64,000 nt of DNA from Octopus sinensis (GCF_006345805.1 NC_043008.1:13578001-13642000); one strand, 5' to 3'. Shown: positions 38,195 to 50,825, counted from the first letter of the stretch. The notes: generated by a model from the sequence alone, not told the origin. Made by a program: numbers and translations.

Positions 38195-38370
38195 TGAAGA
38201 AGAAGAAAGAGGAAAGAAGAAGAAAGAAGAAAGAAGAAGAAAGAAGAGGAAGGAGAGGAAGAAGAAGTAGAAAGAAGAAGAAAAAGAAGAAGAAGAAGAA
38301 CAGCAACAACAACAACATCAAGAACAAGAAGAACAAGAACAAGAACAAGAACAAAGAGAACAAGAAATGA
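38195..38370. repeat. (GAA)n/(AAC)n purine-rich tract
   Basis: Directly visible; gives the poly-K/R/E ORF 38158-38370. Confidence 0.95.
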
Positions 38371-39035
38371 AATAATATTTGGAATATTAATAATGGCAAT
38401 GTTATTAACATTGTGAAGTAACAAATAAGTAGCTATAAAAATATCGTACATATTTATAAATGGAGACCATAGTAATTTTTTTTTTAATCACACCGTTTGA
38501 GATATGTTTTAACAAAAGTATCAGCCATTAAATCTCAATCAACGGAAGCCTTCAGAGCCTTCTTAAATTTCAAATGAAGAACAGGACTGAGATAGCGAAT
38601 TGATACTATGCGTAGATCGGACATTTTTAATTGATTATAAGCGTCACAAATTCAGGCAGAACATTAATCAAATTGCTCTTCAAATTATTATCTTTCTAAG
38701 ACTATATTTCGTTCTATATTTTTACCAGATTCTGTACTCATTATGCATACATTTTACATTTTAATATTTTATTTTTTTAAATTTGCACCAGTATATTCTG
38801 GTGATAAATTGCTTCATTGTGTGCTGATTGAATCAATTTGCCTGTTATTGTTCTTACATACGCCATATCGGTTAATTTATGTATTCGTCAATTTAGCTAC
38901 TGTAATTAAATTATTTTAGATTGAGATTCCAGAAGAAAAAAAAAACTATATTTAAATTCGTAAGACACACGAACTGTAATGAGGCCGCTGTATGTACGCA
39001 AACATATATCTATAATCTCTCCCTCTCTCTGTCTC

Positions 39036-39080
<45 letters not shown>

Positions 39081-39832
39081 TATATATATGTGTGTGTGCA
39101 TATAGATATATATGTGTGTGCCTGTGTGTGTGTGTGTGTGTCTGTGTGTCTTTGTGTGTGTGTGTGTGTGTGTGTGTGTCTAAATTTAAAATAATAAGGG
39201 TAAACATTGTATAGTAATTAGATTAATATCAATTTAAAACCAGTGGTCTAGCATATTGAAAAATCTGAATTTTAAGAAAAAAATATATTATATACATATA
39301 AGTGGAGATGACCTGTATGTGGACATCCACTATGCTAGATGAAGATCAGCTATGGTCTTACCACTAACAAAGGAATGTTCTCAAGAAAATTTAGCAAACG
39401 CCAGAACATTCTATGGTGATAAATCAGTTAATGTCGGACACTCTACAAGACTCTCAGCGTACTGGAAACCATATATCCAGCTTTATCTACACATAAGTAT
39501 AGACTGTAGGGTGTAGGGTTAGTAGTAAGGGAATGTTTGATGGGAATAATCTTGCAACATCCTGACTAAGAGAGAGCAGAGGCAGAGAAGTATGTTGCAC
39601 CCTACTAACTATACTGTAAAATGGATTTTGCACTCCTTCAAATTTAGATGTTGAGCTGAAAACGTCTTATACTTCAAATGTATTAAGGATATTTAGCTTT
39701 CAGTTGCATCTGGTTTTTATAGTGACACAACATAGCGTCAGGCTTATCCCGAATCTCAAGTGTTTGAATGCCTTTCAACAGAAAATGCCATCTTTCATGA
39801 AGTTCCATTCATTGAAAGAGGGGGTGAAGAAT

Positions 39833-40237
39833 TTACTCTTTTTAGTCTTTTTACTTGTTTCAGTCATTTGACTGCGGCCATGCTGGAGCACCGCCTTTAA
39901 TCGAGCAAATCGACCCCGGGACTAATTCTTTTGTAAGCCCAGTACTTATTCTATCGGTCTCTTTTGCCGAACCGCTAAGTAACGGGGACATAAACACACC
40001 AGCATCGGTTGTCAAGCAATGCTAGGGGGACAAATACAGACACACAAACACACATACATATATATATATACATATATACGACAGGCTTCTTTCAGTTTCC
40101 GTCTACCAAATCCACTCACAGGGCTTTGGTCGGCCCGAGGCTATAGTAGAAGACACTTGACCAAGGTGCCACGCAGTAAGACTGAACCCGGAACCATGTG
40201 GTTGGTAAACAAGCTACTTACCACACAGCCACTCCTG
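39833..40237 (-). mobile_element. SINE family C, full length, well preserved
   Basis: Head CAGGAGTGGCTGTGTGGTAAGTAGCTTG...GGTTCCGGGTTCAGTC, internal TA/CA tract, complete 3' half. Confidence 0.95.
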
Positions 40238-40380
40238 ACAATGTTGGAATCATGCAATGTTGGTTTAAAAGGAATTAAGCGTAATATGCCTTTGGTACTT
40301 CCACTGACCGATCCCAGCGAGTGTAAGTGTTTACTGATAGTTTCAGTTACATAACGTGCGTGGATTTGAGTCTGTAAAGA

Positions 40381-40431
40381 ATGGTATCATAAGCATAAGT
40401 ATATCAGCAAAGAATATATACCTTCATCAGT
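40381..40431. repeat. Direct copy of the arm + loop of the 41578 hairpin
   Basis: ATGGTATCATAAAGCATAAGTATATCAGCAAAGAATATATACCTTCATCAG versus 41579-41626. Confidence 0.85.
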
Positions 40432-41501
40432 TGAGTTTTGGACAACTAACAAAAAGAGCAGATGTTCCTGTAGTGATCGATGTGTGCCCAATATATTTTA
40501 TATTTGTGTAAAAGATGCAACATTGGAGTTTTCCCCACTGCCGATGATTTTTATGTTAACCGTTCGACTAGATATGTTAACCCGCTATATAGATCGTTGT
40601 GAAATACTTTGAAGATGTTTAATGCAATAACAACTTCATGGAAACTGCTGTCTACTGTAGTGGATTCATATGAACAATATCTGTATGCTTGGAGGCAAAG
40701 GGCATACCGCAAACAATATAATGCCTCTACACCTTGGGGCGAAACATTTATGCGTCGTATATCTGGGCACGCCATTGCGCTTTCTGAATTGAAAACAACA
40801 GCGGATTATACAATAAGAGACAAATACTGATAAATCGCTAACTCAATTTGCTTTCGCCTACCGATGATAGAAGACAGTAATATATAAAACTTTACGTTAT
40901 GTTTAAATGTTTGCATCTAAGAAAGTTTTCTACCGCAAATATTTCTTTTTTATATATGATATAATCGCGGATACACTTAACGTTATATTTTTCAACAGTT
41001 GTATAATTATTACAGTCATTTTTATCAAAATATTATTCAATACTACCGTCTCAATGGATTTTCTTGTCTGTCTTATAATACATCTAATTCATATTCAGCA
41101 GCAGAAGAAGCACAAAACACCTGATCGGTTTCGTTTTTATGTATTAGAAAAGCGTCACTTTAACTGAACTAAATTGTTTTTTTCTCTCATGACAATAATA
41201 TATACCTTAGTCTGTCTACGCAATCGTTTATTTATTTGTCACTGATATTGAGTAATCTTAACGTCTCAGTATACGTTTTTAGTATACAATATTATTATTC
41301 TCTCTGTACTTGCCTCACCCTCCTTAATACTTCCCCATCACTAAAGTTCAAATTACAAGCTTTGAAAAATATCTTGCACGTATCCAACTATATTATGAAA
41401 AATGTGGGTTCTTAGATTGTCTTAGATTGTTTATGCTTATTCTGAAACAGCCTGGCGTTTACCTAGAATACGCAAGAAATTTATAGACACAAGTATGCGT
41501 A

Positions 41502-41573
<72 letters not shown>

Positions 41574-41577
41574 TACT

Positions 41578-41648
41578 TATGGTATCATAAGCAAGTATAT
41601 CAACAAAGAATATATACCTTCATCAGTATACTTGCTTATGATACCATA
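41578..41648. repeat. Perfect 22-bp inverted repeat with 27-nt loop
   Basis: TATGGTATCATAAGCAAGTATA (41578-41599) / TATACTTGCTTATGATACCATA (41627-41648). Confidence 0.95.
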
Positions 41649-42100
41649 TTATTGTTTACGATAGCATCAGTGACTTAGAATGCGCCAAAAACTATACTTG
41701 ACTAAGTTGTTATGGTGTAACAGCCCCTACTGTTTGTTTTCACTGTCCTGTTTTTGTTACCAACTTTGATCATCCGCAAATCCCAAATTTTACTTTGCTT
41801 TGCGGGAGAAACTCTTTCCTCTAAGATATATCTTGTCGTAATTGATCGAAATGTGGAGTAGACAAACAGCAGACAACTGACAAAGGGTCGTTCTTTATGC
41901 TACTAGTCTCGTCTTCCATTTATTTTATCAGTTGTTCGCAAACAAGTTCGTATTCCATGTTTTCGTATTTCATGTCGTTTACGATTTTGACGTCATGCAC
42001 CCTTATATGCATATGTATATTCATACATATATGTATAAATGCATATATACATATTATTTACACACCACACACACACACCACACACACAACCACACACACA

Positions 42101-42175
<75 letters not shown>

Positions 42176-43420
42176 GTATATATGTATATATGTATGAATA
42201 CCTGGTTTCCAACGTTTCATTTGTCCATGATCCATTACGCCTATAGTATGGGCAGATACCTAGAAGAACATTCATGTGGCTCATTTAAAGACTACTCAAG
42301 TACATATTAGTTTCTCCTATTTTTCCAGTTAGTTATCATAATTCTCTGAAGATTCCTATCTTGAAATCTGCAATTTTATCCTCTCGTCATTTTTACAGAA
42401 CTGTTTTCATATGCACAGTTTAGTAATATCAATGTATGTTGACATTAAAATTTGGTCATCTTTTTGACGGAGGTAAAGGCAAGGTTTTGCTACTGACAGT
42501 CACATTTTCGAACCACGTCTTTGTTATGGTATTCAGGTACGATAATTATTTCAAATAGGAGAACTGATAAACTACTTTCACCATTTGACATCCATTGATA
42601 ACTGGATTATATCTTTATATTTTCCTTCCTAATCGTTGATTCAGTTTAGTTGCAAATAAAGAATAAACTATAAACTCCATAGCTTACACATTTTAATCAT
42701 CTTAAATATCGTTATCTTGTTATAACACAGTATAATGTTACTCTTATTTAATTAAGAGCTAGCAACTTCAATATAAATAATCGATTTCACAACAATTCTT
42801 TTACAGACTTTAAATTACCCGTAAAAATATTTCTTGTACTTTTCTCAAAAGACGATTTATGCATCGACTTAAAACAGAAAGATGTCGAATCTCTCCTACC
42901 TCTACACTCGTTATGTACCAGATGGAAGAAGCCGTTATCATTTTCCCATACCCTACACAGATAAAGGGGGCAGTAAGAGGTTCCATAAGGAGAAGTGCTG
43001 TCCATCCTTATTTAATACATACAATCAATATATGATGTTAGAAAATACGAAGTGAAATTTCGGCCTGTGAGCATTTTTCCCTTCAAATCGGAATAAGTGT
43101 GCTGTGGTTCTATCAAGTACCCTATTTTTGTGGCTGTAAGGAACTTACTACACACACTTCGGTGAATGTACATATGTATATATGTGTATGCAGGGGTATA
43201 TATATATATATATGTAAATGGCTAAAGAAAATTTTTTTCGGCTGCTGTTTCTAAAAATTCAGTATGTGGCAAAGTAAATTATTTTACTGAGTCCTTAATT
43301 ATATAAAGTAATATTTTGAATACGCCTTGAATGGTCCTTTTACATACTGAACACTACTTGGTGAAATTAATTAATAACTAATTGATTTTACCCTTAATTA
43401 TTGATATATAATGTATGTAT

Positions 43421-43460
<40 letters not shown>

Positions 43461-43853
43461 GTGTGTATATTATGTGTGTGTGTGTTTGTGTGTGTGAGTG
43501 TGTGTGCGTGTATGTGTGTGTGTGTGTGTATGTTTGAGTCTGTATGTATAATATATATAATATATATCATATCAATATGATTCAGTTGAGTTAGGTACTT
43601 AAATTGAAGCTCCTTGTTAGGTCGTAATAATATACACAGACAGCAATATTAAGTAAATACCAAACTTGATACATAAGTACTGGCCGAAATATATTCTTGC
43701 AGCATATGTAGGCAATTTGACCTAGGTGAGAGAAGAAATTTGCTCTTTAGCTATTCAAACATGTACGTTATATTAAATATAAAATCCCTAATATTTACGA
43801 TGGGCAGATTGCGAGAGAGGTAAATAAAATACAAGCAACTAACAGCATAACTA

Positions 43854-44015
43854 CAGGTGTTAATACATTACGGCCCTTTCTAACGACTCCTTTAATTCCT
43901 TAATGAAAACATTACATCATTGCAAAGAAACTGTTTTTGTCAAATGAATTCATGTAATGTTTTCTTTAATCAATTAAAGGAGTCTTTAGAAACGGCCGTA
44001 ATTTATTGACAGCTG
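43854..44015. mobile_element. 162-bp Tc1/mariner-type MITE with 64-bp TIRs and TA target duplication
   Basis: TA|CAGGTG...ATTACAT (43854-43917) and ATGTAAT...CAGCTG|TA (43952-44015); 8 mismatches. Confidence 0.85.
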
Positions 44016-44046
44016 TACCTCTACCGCTATTCATTTATATACTGTT

Positions 44047-44449
44047 TTTACTCTTTTACTTGTTTCAGTCATTCGACTGCGGCCATGCTGAAGCAGCGCC
44101 TTCAATCGAGCAACTCGAAAGAGACTTATTATTTTGTAAGCCCAGTACTTATTATATCGGTCTCTTTTGCCGAACCGCTAAGTAACGGGGACATAAACAC
44201 ACCAGCATCGATTGTCAAGCAATGCTAAGGGGGGACACACAGACACACAAACACACACACATATATATATATATATACATATATACGACGGGCTTCTTTC
44301 AGTTTCCATCTACCAAATCCACTAACAAGACTTTGGTCGACCCGAGCCTATAGTAGAGGACACTTGCCCAAGGTGCCACGCAGTGGGACTGAACCCGGAA
44401 CCATGTGGCTGGTAAGTAAGGTACTTACCACACAGCCACTCCTGCGCCT
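44047..44449 (-). mobile_element. SINE family C, full length
   Basis: Colinear with 39833-40237. Confidence 0.95.
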
Positions 44450-44629
44450 ATATATATATACAGATGATTTTGGGTGTGTGTGCTTACGTATATGTATGGA
44501 AAAGCATACAAATATGAACTCACATGCAAGATACAAACTTATAATACATACATCCGTACCTATATACATGAACTACATGAACATTCTTCTATGTATAAGC
44601 ATAACTAAATATGTAAAGTGGAATTTTCT

Positions 44630-44630
44630 T

Positions 44631-44661
<31 letters not shown>

Positions 44662-44830
44662 CGCATGCATCCATGCTCACACATATTTCTAAATATATGC
44701 ATATATATATATATATATTATATATATATATATATATAAACGTTCATATAATACAACATCAATGCATATATACTTATGTCTAAATAATTGGTAACTATCA
44801 ATGCTGCAGAAACGAATTAGTGGCGTATAA

Positions 44831-44873
<43 letters not shown>

Positions 44874-45241
44874 TGCATATATACATATAGATATGGATAT
44901 ATATATATACATACATATGTATGTATTCATATATGCATATGGATATATACATATATATATATATGTATATATGCATATATATATGCTTACATATTATATA
45001 TATATATATATATATATTATAATATGTAAGCATATATATATGCATATATACATATATTATATATGTATATATCATATGCATATATGAATACATACATATG
45101 TATGTAGATAGAATATATATATATATATATATATGATATATATATGCTTACATATATATTATATATATATATATATATATATGCATATATATATGCTTAC
45201 ATATATATATATATATATAATATATGTATATGCTTACATAT

Positions 45242-45280
<39 letters not shown>
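44630..45280. repeat. (TA)n/(CATA)n compound microsatellite region
   Basis: Directly visible. Confidence 0.92.
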
Positions 45281-45283
<3 letters not shown>

Positions 45284-46249
45284 GGATATTTCGAGAAATT
45301 GAATTTTATAGACTAAAAATTATAAACGTGTTACGTGTTACCAAAATTATAAATTGATAAAAATAATTGTGAAAAAAGAACAATAAGATGTAGGTTTATC
45401 TTTAGTAGGTACGTGAATATATATTTTTGTCGAAAATATTATCTCAAAGACATTTTCCTCTTCTCGAGACAAATATAATGAAATTATTGCATTATTCCTT
45501 TCACTAAGATTTCTAAAATAGAAGGGAAAATGTTAGAAATATGCTACGCTGATTTTAGTTACTGAAAGTCTGTAAATGCTTTTAAAAATAAATATCTTTT
45601 TTTTCCAGTTGTTGTTGTTTTTAAGTAGATAAAATGAGATGATATTACGGTTTATATTCTTCTCTATCTATATAAACTATAAAGAATGGATGATATACCC
45701 TTTAAAATAGTGTGGTGTAAAAATATATGATAATAAAGCAGTAATCTGTTCACACACACACCTCTATATGTTCGTGCAGACAAGAAGTGCAGAAGTGCAG
45801 AACAAACTGCATAAATAAATCAATAGGGAAAACTGTAATATAAAGGAAAAATATAACAAGCATTATTAAGCGAAAATAAAACGAAAAAAGATTTGCTTAT
45901 AAAGAGAAACCGAGATTAGATTACCAGCATAAAATCCAAAAAATGTAATTTATAATATTGTAATAACCTAAATGAAAATATGAAACTGTGTAAAACTACA
46001 AAGAACTGTATTCTAGTTTCCTGGAAAATACCTGAAGCAATCTATGTTTTATGTTTTTTTTGTTAATCTATTTCTATTCGGGATATATATTTCTTGAACT
46101 CTATCTTTGCACTAGTTCTCGTGTTGCTATATGATCTTTTGCATTTTATATAGAAAATAAATTTCTGTACTTTGTACGCAGAAAAGCCGGATATAATTAC
46201 ATAGAAATTTATTTGATTGGTTTTTCATTATTATATATTGCCTAAAGAT

Positions 46250-46481
46250 AAGGCGGCGAGCTGGCAGACACGTTAGCACGCCGGGCGAAATGCTTAGCTG
46301 TATTTCGTCTGCCGTTACGTTCTGAGTTCAAATTCCGCCGTGGTTGACTTTAGCTTTCATCCTTTCGGGGTCGATAAATTAAGTAGCAGTTACGCACTGG
46401 GTTCGATGTAATCGACTTAATCCCTTTGTCTGTCCTTGTTTGTCCCCTCTGTGTTTAGCCCCTTGTGGATAGTAAAGAAAT
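46250..46481 (+). mobile_element. SINE family A, full length, 18-bp TSD
   Basis: TSD TATATATTGCCTAAAGAT (46232-46249) / TATATATTACCTAAAGAT (46481-46498). Confidence 0.95.
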
Positions 46482-46498
46482 ATATATTACCTAAAGAT

Positions 46499-46652
46499 GG
46501 CGACGGCGGCATATCATCAGTGTTTACGTTCTGAGTTCAAATTCTGACGAGGGCGATTTCGCATTCGATCATACAATTTGAGTTGTTGGGATCGATATAA
46601 TCGAATTATCTCCTACCAGGAAATTCCTGGCAGTGTGTCAAAATTTGAAACC
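46499..46652 (+). mobile_element. Older A'-type SINE (alternative 3' end GTGTCAAAATTTGAAACC)
   Basis: TTACGTTCTGAGTTCAAATT core and A' tail. Confidence 0.7.
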
Positions 46653-46707
46653 ATTATTTATTTCATTTAACGTCGGCGAATCTCCTTAATGTATCCTAGG
46701 ACTATTT

Positions 46708-46858
46708 AAGGCGGCGAACTGGCAGTATCGTTAGCACGCCAGGCAAAATACCTGGTGGCATTTCACGCGTCATTTCGTTCTAAGTTCAGTTTCCGTCGAA
46801 GTCACCTCTGCTTTTCATTCTTTCGATGTCGATAAAATAAGTACCAGTTGAGCATTGG
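46708..46858 (+). mobile_element. Diverged A/A'-type SINE 5' part
   Basis: AAGGCGGCGAACTGGCAG...GTTAGCACGCC...GTCGATAAAATAAGTACCAGTT. Confidence 0.8.
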
Positions 46859-47028
46859 CCTTACGTTCTGAGTTTAAATTCCGCCGAGGTCGACTTTGCC
46901 TTTCATCCTGTCGGGGTCGATAAATTAAATACCAGTTACGCACTGGGGTCGATGTAATCGACTTAATCCATTTGTCTGTCTTTGTTTGTCCCCTCTATGT
47001 TTAGCCCCTTGTGGGCAATAAAGAAATA
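46859..47028 (+). mobile_element. 5'-truncated SINE family A
   Basis: TTACGTTCTGAGTTTAAATTCCGCCGAGG...GGGCAATAAAGAAATA. Confidence 0.92.
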
Positions 47029-47619
47029 TGATTTGAAACCAATATATCATATTACTAATTGTAAAGGAGACGAACGTATCTTTAATGCATTCGAGAACCA
47101 AGAGGTGGATTCTTCACAAGACAGATTTCAACATTATAAGGTACATCATAAACCAAATATGAAACTTAATCATTTGCACGGTTTGGTCGGCTGCCGTCAT
47201 CTTTAAAAGATTTAAACAATAATAATAAAATTTCTAGTCTCGCCTCTTCTAATGAAACTTTCTTTTTTTTTTTTAACGGTAACTCAGCATACTGTAATGA
47301 TGCTTTATTGCAGAGTGTGTATGATGAAAGTGTGTATATTATGCACATAATGCTAAAGTTAAACAGCGACTTAATAATCAGATTTATATTCCGAGCAATA
47401 TTAACACGACTCCTAACAATAAATTTAAAATCTCTATGCTTAGCTTATAAATTATCGTTCCTGGCATATGCTAAATGGCTACGCAACTATAATGGTACTA
47501 AAATGAAACGAAATCATGAATTAACCTCATAATATAGATCGATACAATCCTTCACTGACACTACAAATTAAGTCTTCCACATATCAAAATAATACTAGCG
47601 CTTTCTGACTAAACTTATT

Positions 47620-48150
47620 AGCTCCACTATAGATAATGACTATATTTCAGGGGATTACTATCATAATATTACATGCAATAGAAAAAAAAAAAAACTAGTA
47701 ATCAAAATACCTACTGTATTCGCATACACAGGAAATACCAGCCTTTGCAACTTTGTGGTAATCCAATATTTAAAAGAAATAAAAATCCCTGTGGTGTCTT
47801 AGATATCGATAGTGGTAAACATAATTCTCAATCTACACACTCCAAATATACATCTCTCTAATTCATGTAAAAACGTAAGGCATGGTTCTTCCATCATTCA
47901 TAACGATGTCCTATATTTCAAGCCTCCCGAGACACAAAACGGGATAAAACTTGGTATAATGTTCCATTTGAACTATCAGCTCAAAGCAAAACTCCTCACA
48001 TATCCTTTAAAATTAAGGCCTATTTCCCACCAAAACATCACCTCTACGGCATATCCAACAAAGTTACTCGGACACTTTCTTCTACACACTTAATTTCACA
48101 ACAATTACAATCGTTCAAAATTAAAGTTTCACGATACTTTCAAACAGAAA
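47620..48150 (+). mobile_element. Degraded Penelope-like retroelement fragment (RT thumb / linker before GIY-YIG)
   Basis: The frame with W at 47952 reads RDKTWYNVPFELSAQSKTPHISFKIKAYFPPKHHLYGISNKVTRTLS, resembling the Penelope WYNPPF...KHFPxxHxLxKIFN motif. Weaker upstream hints (NITCNRK; LKEIKIPVVS*IS). Confidence 0.55.
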
Positions 48151-48338
48151 TAATCACTTTAATTCTTACCGACCCTCTATATATATATATATATATATTC
48201 GCCTCTTTTATTAGATAGCTAAACTTTTAGCAGTCTAATATTAATGGTTATAATAACATATTTACAATAATAGGGTTTATGGAATTTTATTTTGTTTTAA
48301 AGATTTTAAAAAATAGATATTTTAATTTGGATCATTAC

Positions 48339-48702
48339 GCGCACAAGGGCTAGACCAGCGGGCCCGCTGTCGTAGGATCGCGGTTTCGATTCCCAGACAG
48401 GCCGTTGTGAGTGCTTTTTGAGTGAAACTACTTGAAGCTCCACGACGTTCCGGCAGTGGGGTGGCGAACCCTGCTGTAGTCTTTCACCACAAATTTCTCT
48501 CACTCTTTCTTTCTGTTTCTGTTGTACTTGGATTTCAGCCTTGTCAAACTCCCTGTCTCTCTGAATCTCCCCGAGAACTACGTTAAGGGTACAGATGTCT
48601 GTGGAGTGCTTAGCCACTAGCACGTTAATTTCACGAGCAGGCTGCTTCATTGGTCAGATCAGCTGCAACCCTCGTCGTCGTAACCGATAGAATGCCACGA
48701 CG
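48339..48702 (+). mobile_element. SINE family B' (head/body shared with E, tail shared with B)
   Basis: GTCGTAGGATCGCGGTTTCGATTCC...TTCTCTCACTCT as in the 62087 copy; CCCCGAGAACTACGTTAAGGGTACA...CCCTCGTCGTCGTAACCG as in the 54277 copy. Confidence 0.9.
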
Positions 48703-48859
48703 ACACGCACACGTGTTTATATAACTTTTCAGATATATGTAATTTAATGCACTTTTATGTTCCTGCTTATATTTATTTGAATATAATGATATAGGTCTAT
48801 AGTTACATATTTGTTTATAAGATTTAAGTTATATGGGAATTATGGTGAGTGTGCTCTCT

Positions 48860-48965
48860 TTTTACTCTTTTACTTGTTTCAGTCATTTGACTGCGGCCAT
48901 GCTGGAGCACCGCCTTTAGTCGATCAAACATCGGTTGTCAAGCAATGCTAGGGGGACAAACACAG

Positions 48966-48996
<31 letters not shown>

Positions 48997-49155
48997 CAAC
49001 AGGCTTCTTTCAGTTTCCGTCTACCAAATCCACTCACAAGGCATTGGTCAGCCCGAGGCTATATCAGAAGACACTTGCCCAAGATGCCACGCAGTGGGAC
49101 TGAACCCGCAACCATGTGGTTGGTTAGCAAGCTACTTACCACATAGCCACTCCTG
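48860..49155 (-). mobile_element. SINE family C with ~95-bp internal deletion
   Basis: GCCTTTAGTCGATCAAA is joined directly to CATCGGTTGTCAAGC; the intervening segment present at 39900-40005 is absent. Confidence 0.92.
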
Positions 49156-49192
49156 AATTCTGTGTACATGTCTGTGCATAAATGTTCCCAAA

Positions 49193-49244
<52 letters not shown>

Positions 49245-49476
49245 ATTGTTCGTTTTTGGATTTGGTTTGCAAGATGCTATATATGAGTTCTTGTGTTGAA
49301 TCATATTCTGTTGTGTCTGAGGAGAGTCATTTTCCTCTTGTGCCTTATAATGTAACACACACACCGGTAAAATTTAGGAAAATAAAAATAAGAAATAAGT
49401 GGAAATTTTACCGGTGAGTAAATTTTACATTATAAGGCACAAAAAACATGACTCTCCCCAGACACAACAGAATATG
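49245..49476. mobile_element. Fold-back element: 74-bp inverted arms, 27-nt loop, ~55-bp unpaired left extension
   Basis: Arms 49302-49375 and 49403-49476 share complementary blocks of 18, 10, 16 and 14 bp. Element class is inference. Confidence 0.65.
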
Positions 49477-50825
49477 TAATTTTTATTTGCCCTTAAATTC
49501 CTTCACAACTGTTCCATTATATTTTAAGACTTGTAAAATATGAGATACTCTTATTTTTCCCATTTATGTTTATCGTATATATGCATTCAGTGTGTAACTT
49601 CTTCCAAAAGTTTATTATTATTATAGATATGTTTTCTGGATATGTGGTCGGGTCTAGTTTATCTATGGGTGTGCATGTATGTATATGTGTTTGTGTTATA
49701 GCGGGATTATTTGTATGCCATCTATACTATTTGAAATACGATTTTATAGTTATGTTTGTATGTATAGTTAGCTATTTATCTCCTTAGTATTTCTCGCTCT
49801 ATACTTATATCTGTATTAACATTGATATGCGTATATTATGTGTGTGTGTGTGTGTGTGTGTAATTTGAAATAGATTTTATATCTATTTTATTTCAATTGT
49901 ATTTTATTTGTGATTTCAGATATATTGTATTCGATATTGTCGTTCATCGAAAGCTTTCCGTATTTTTGTTGAATAATGGTAGAAACCTGTATAGGTGAGA
50001 TTTGCTTATGACGTCGGTCGCATCTAAGAGACACATGTGTATATAAGTTATATTACACTCAGAAATAAATAATACGCACATTTTGAGAGCTTTTCCCGTT
50101 GTTGATATACAATTAAAATTGTAAAGCAACTTAGAACGCGTATCAAGACTTTAATATCTACTATATCACGCAACTGTAGGAATAACATATTTCTAAGAAC
50201 TAGGGGTTTTTGAAATTTTATCCAATTGCAACTGCTTTGTTGTGTATTCGGAGACTTTAATGTATTGTCGTTATCTAATTATCAGGCCGCTATTAAGATA
50301 TCTCAAACATTCGAATTACCTGCTGATAGTCTAACAAATCACCTGAGGTAAACAATTGACTTGTGAACTTCGAATACATTGTATTATACGGTCTTAATAA
50401 TTTGGAATTTTATTAAAGTAGGTTTGAATTTAAAGCGTCACTCCTGTAAGCAAGAGAATACCAACTTCAAACAATGAATGTTGAACCAATATTGTTGAGT
50501 GAGAAAATGTGAATAACTTTAAATGACCTCACCATATCTTTTAAATAGGATGAATATTATTTCTAACACCCTCTGTTGTTGAATGTGTTTACTATTCTGA
50601 AACAATGCCTATTCTATAGTTCATCTACCTATGGGGATTAAGATCATGAGTAGGTTTTGTCTTAAGATCTTCAGGTGAACAATCTTCTTCATACGATTTA
50701 TACCAAGATTCCGTAACCAAATGGAAATGTTTCACGTATTAGAAAATACCAGCTTTATTACCGATAGGTAGGTATATGATCTCAGTGGAGATGTTTGATG
50801 ACCGGCGAAGTATATGAAAAGCAGG

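Noticed and set aside
39505-39535. TAGGG-like motifs as telomeric repeat
   Set aside because: Only two or three imperfect units; not significant.
40609-40830. 73-aa ORF (VVDSYEQYLYAWRQRAY...)
   Set aside because: Short, non-ATG start, no recognisable motif or splice context.
42819-43006. Minus-strand candidate exon (MDSTSPYGTSYCPLYLC...)
   Set aside because: Two frames are open, the acceptor lacks a pyrimidine tract, several alternative donors exist, and I recognise no homology.
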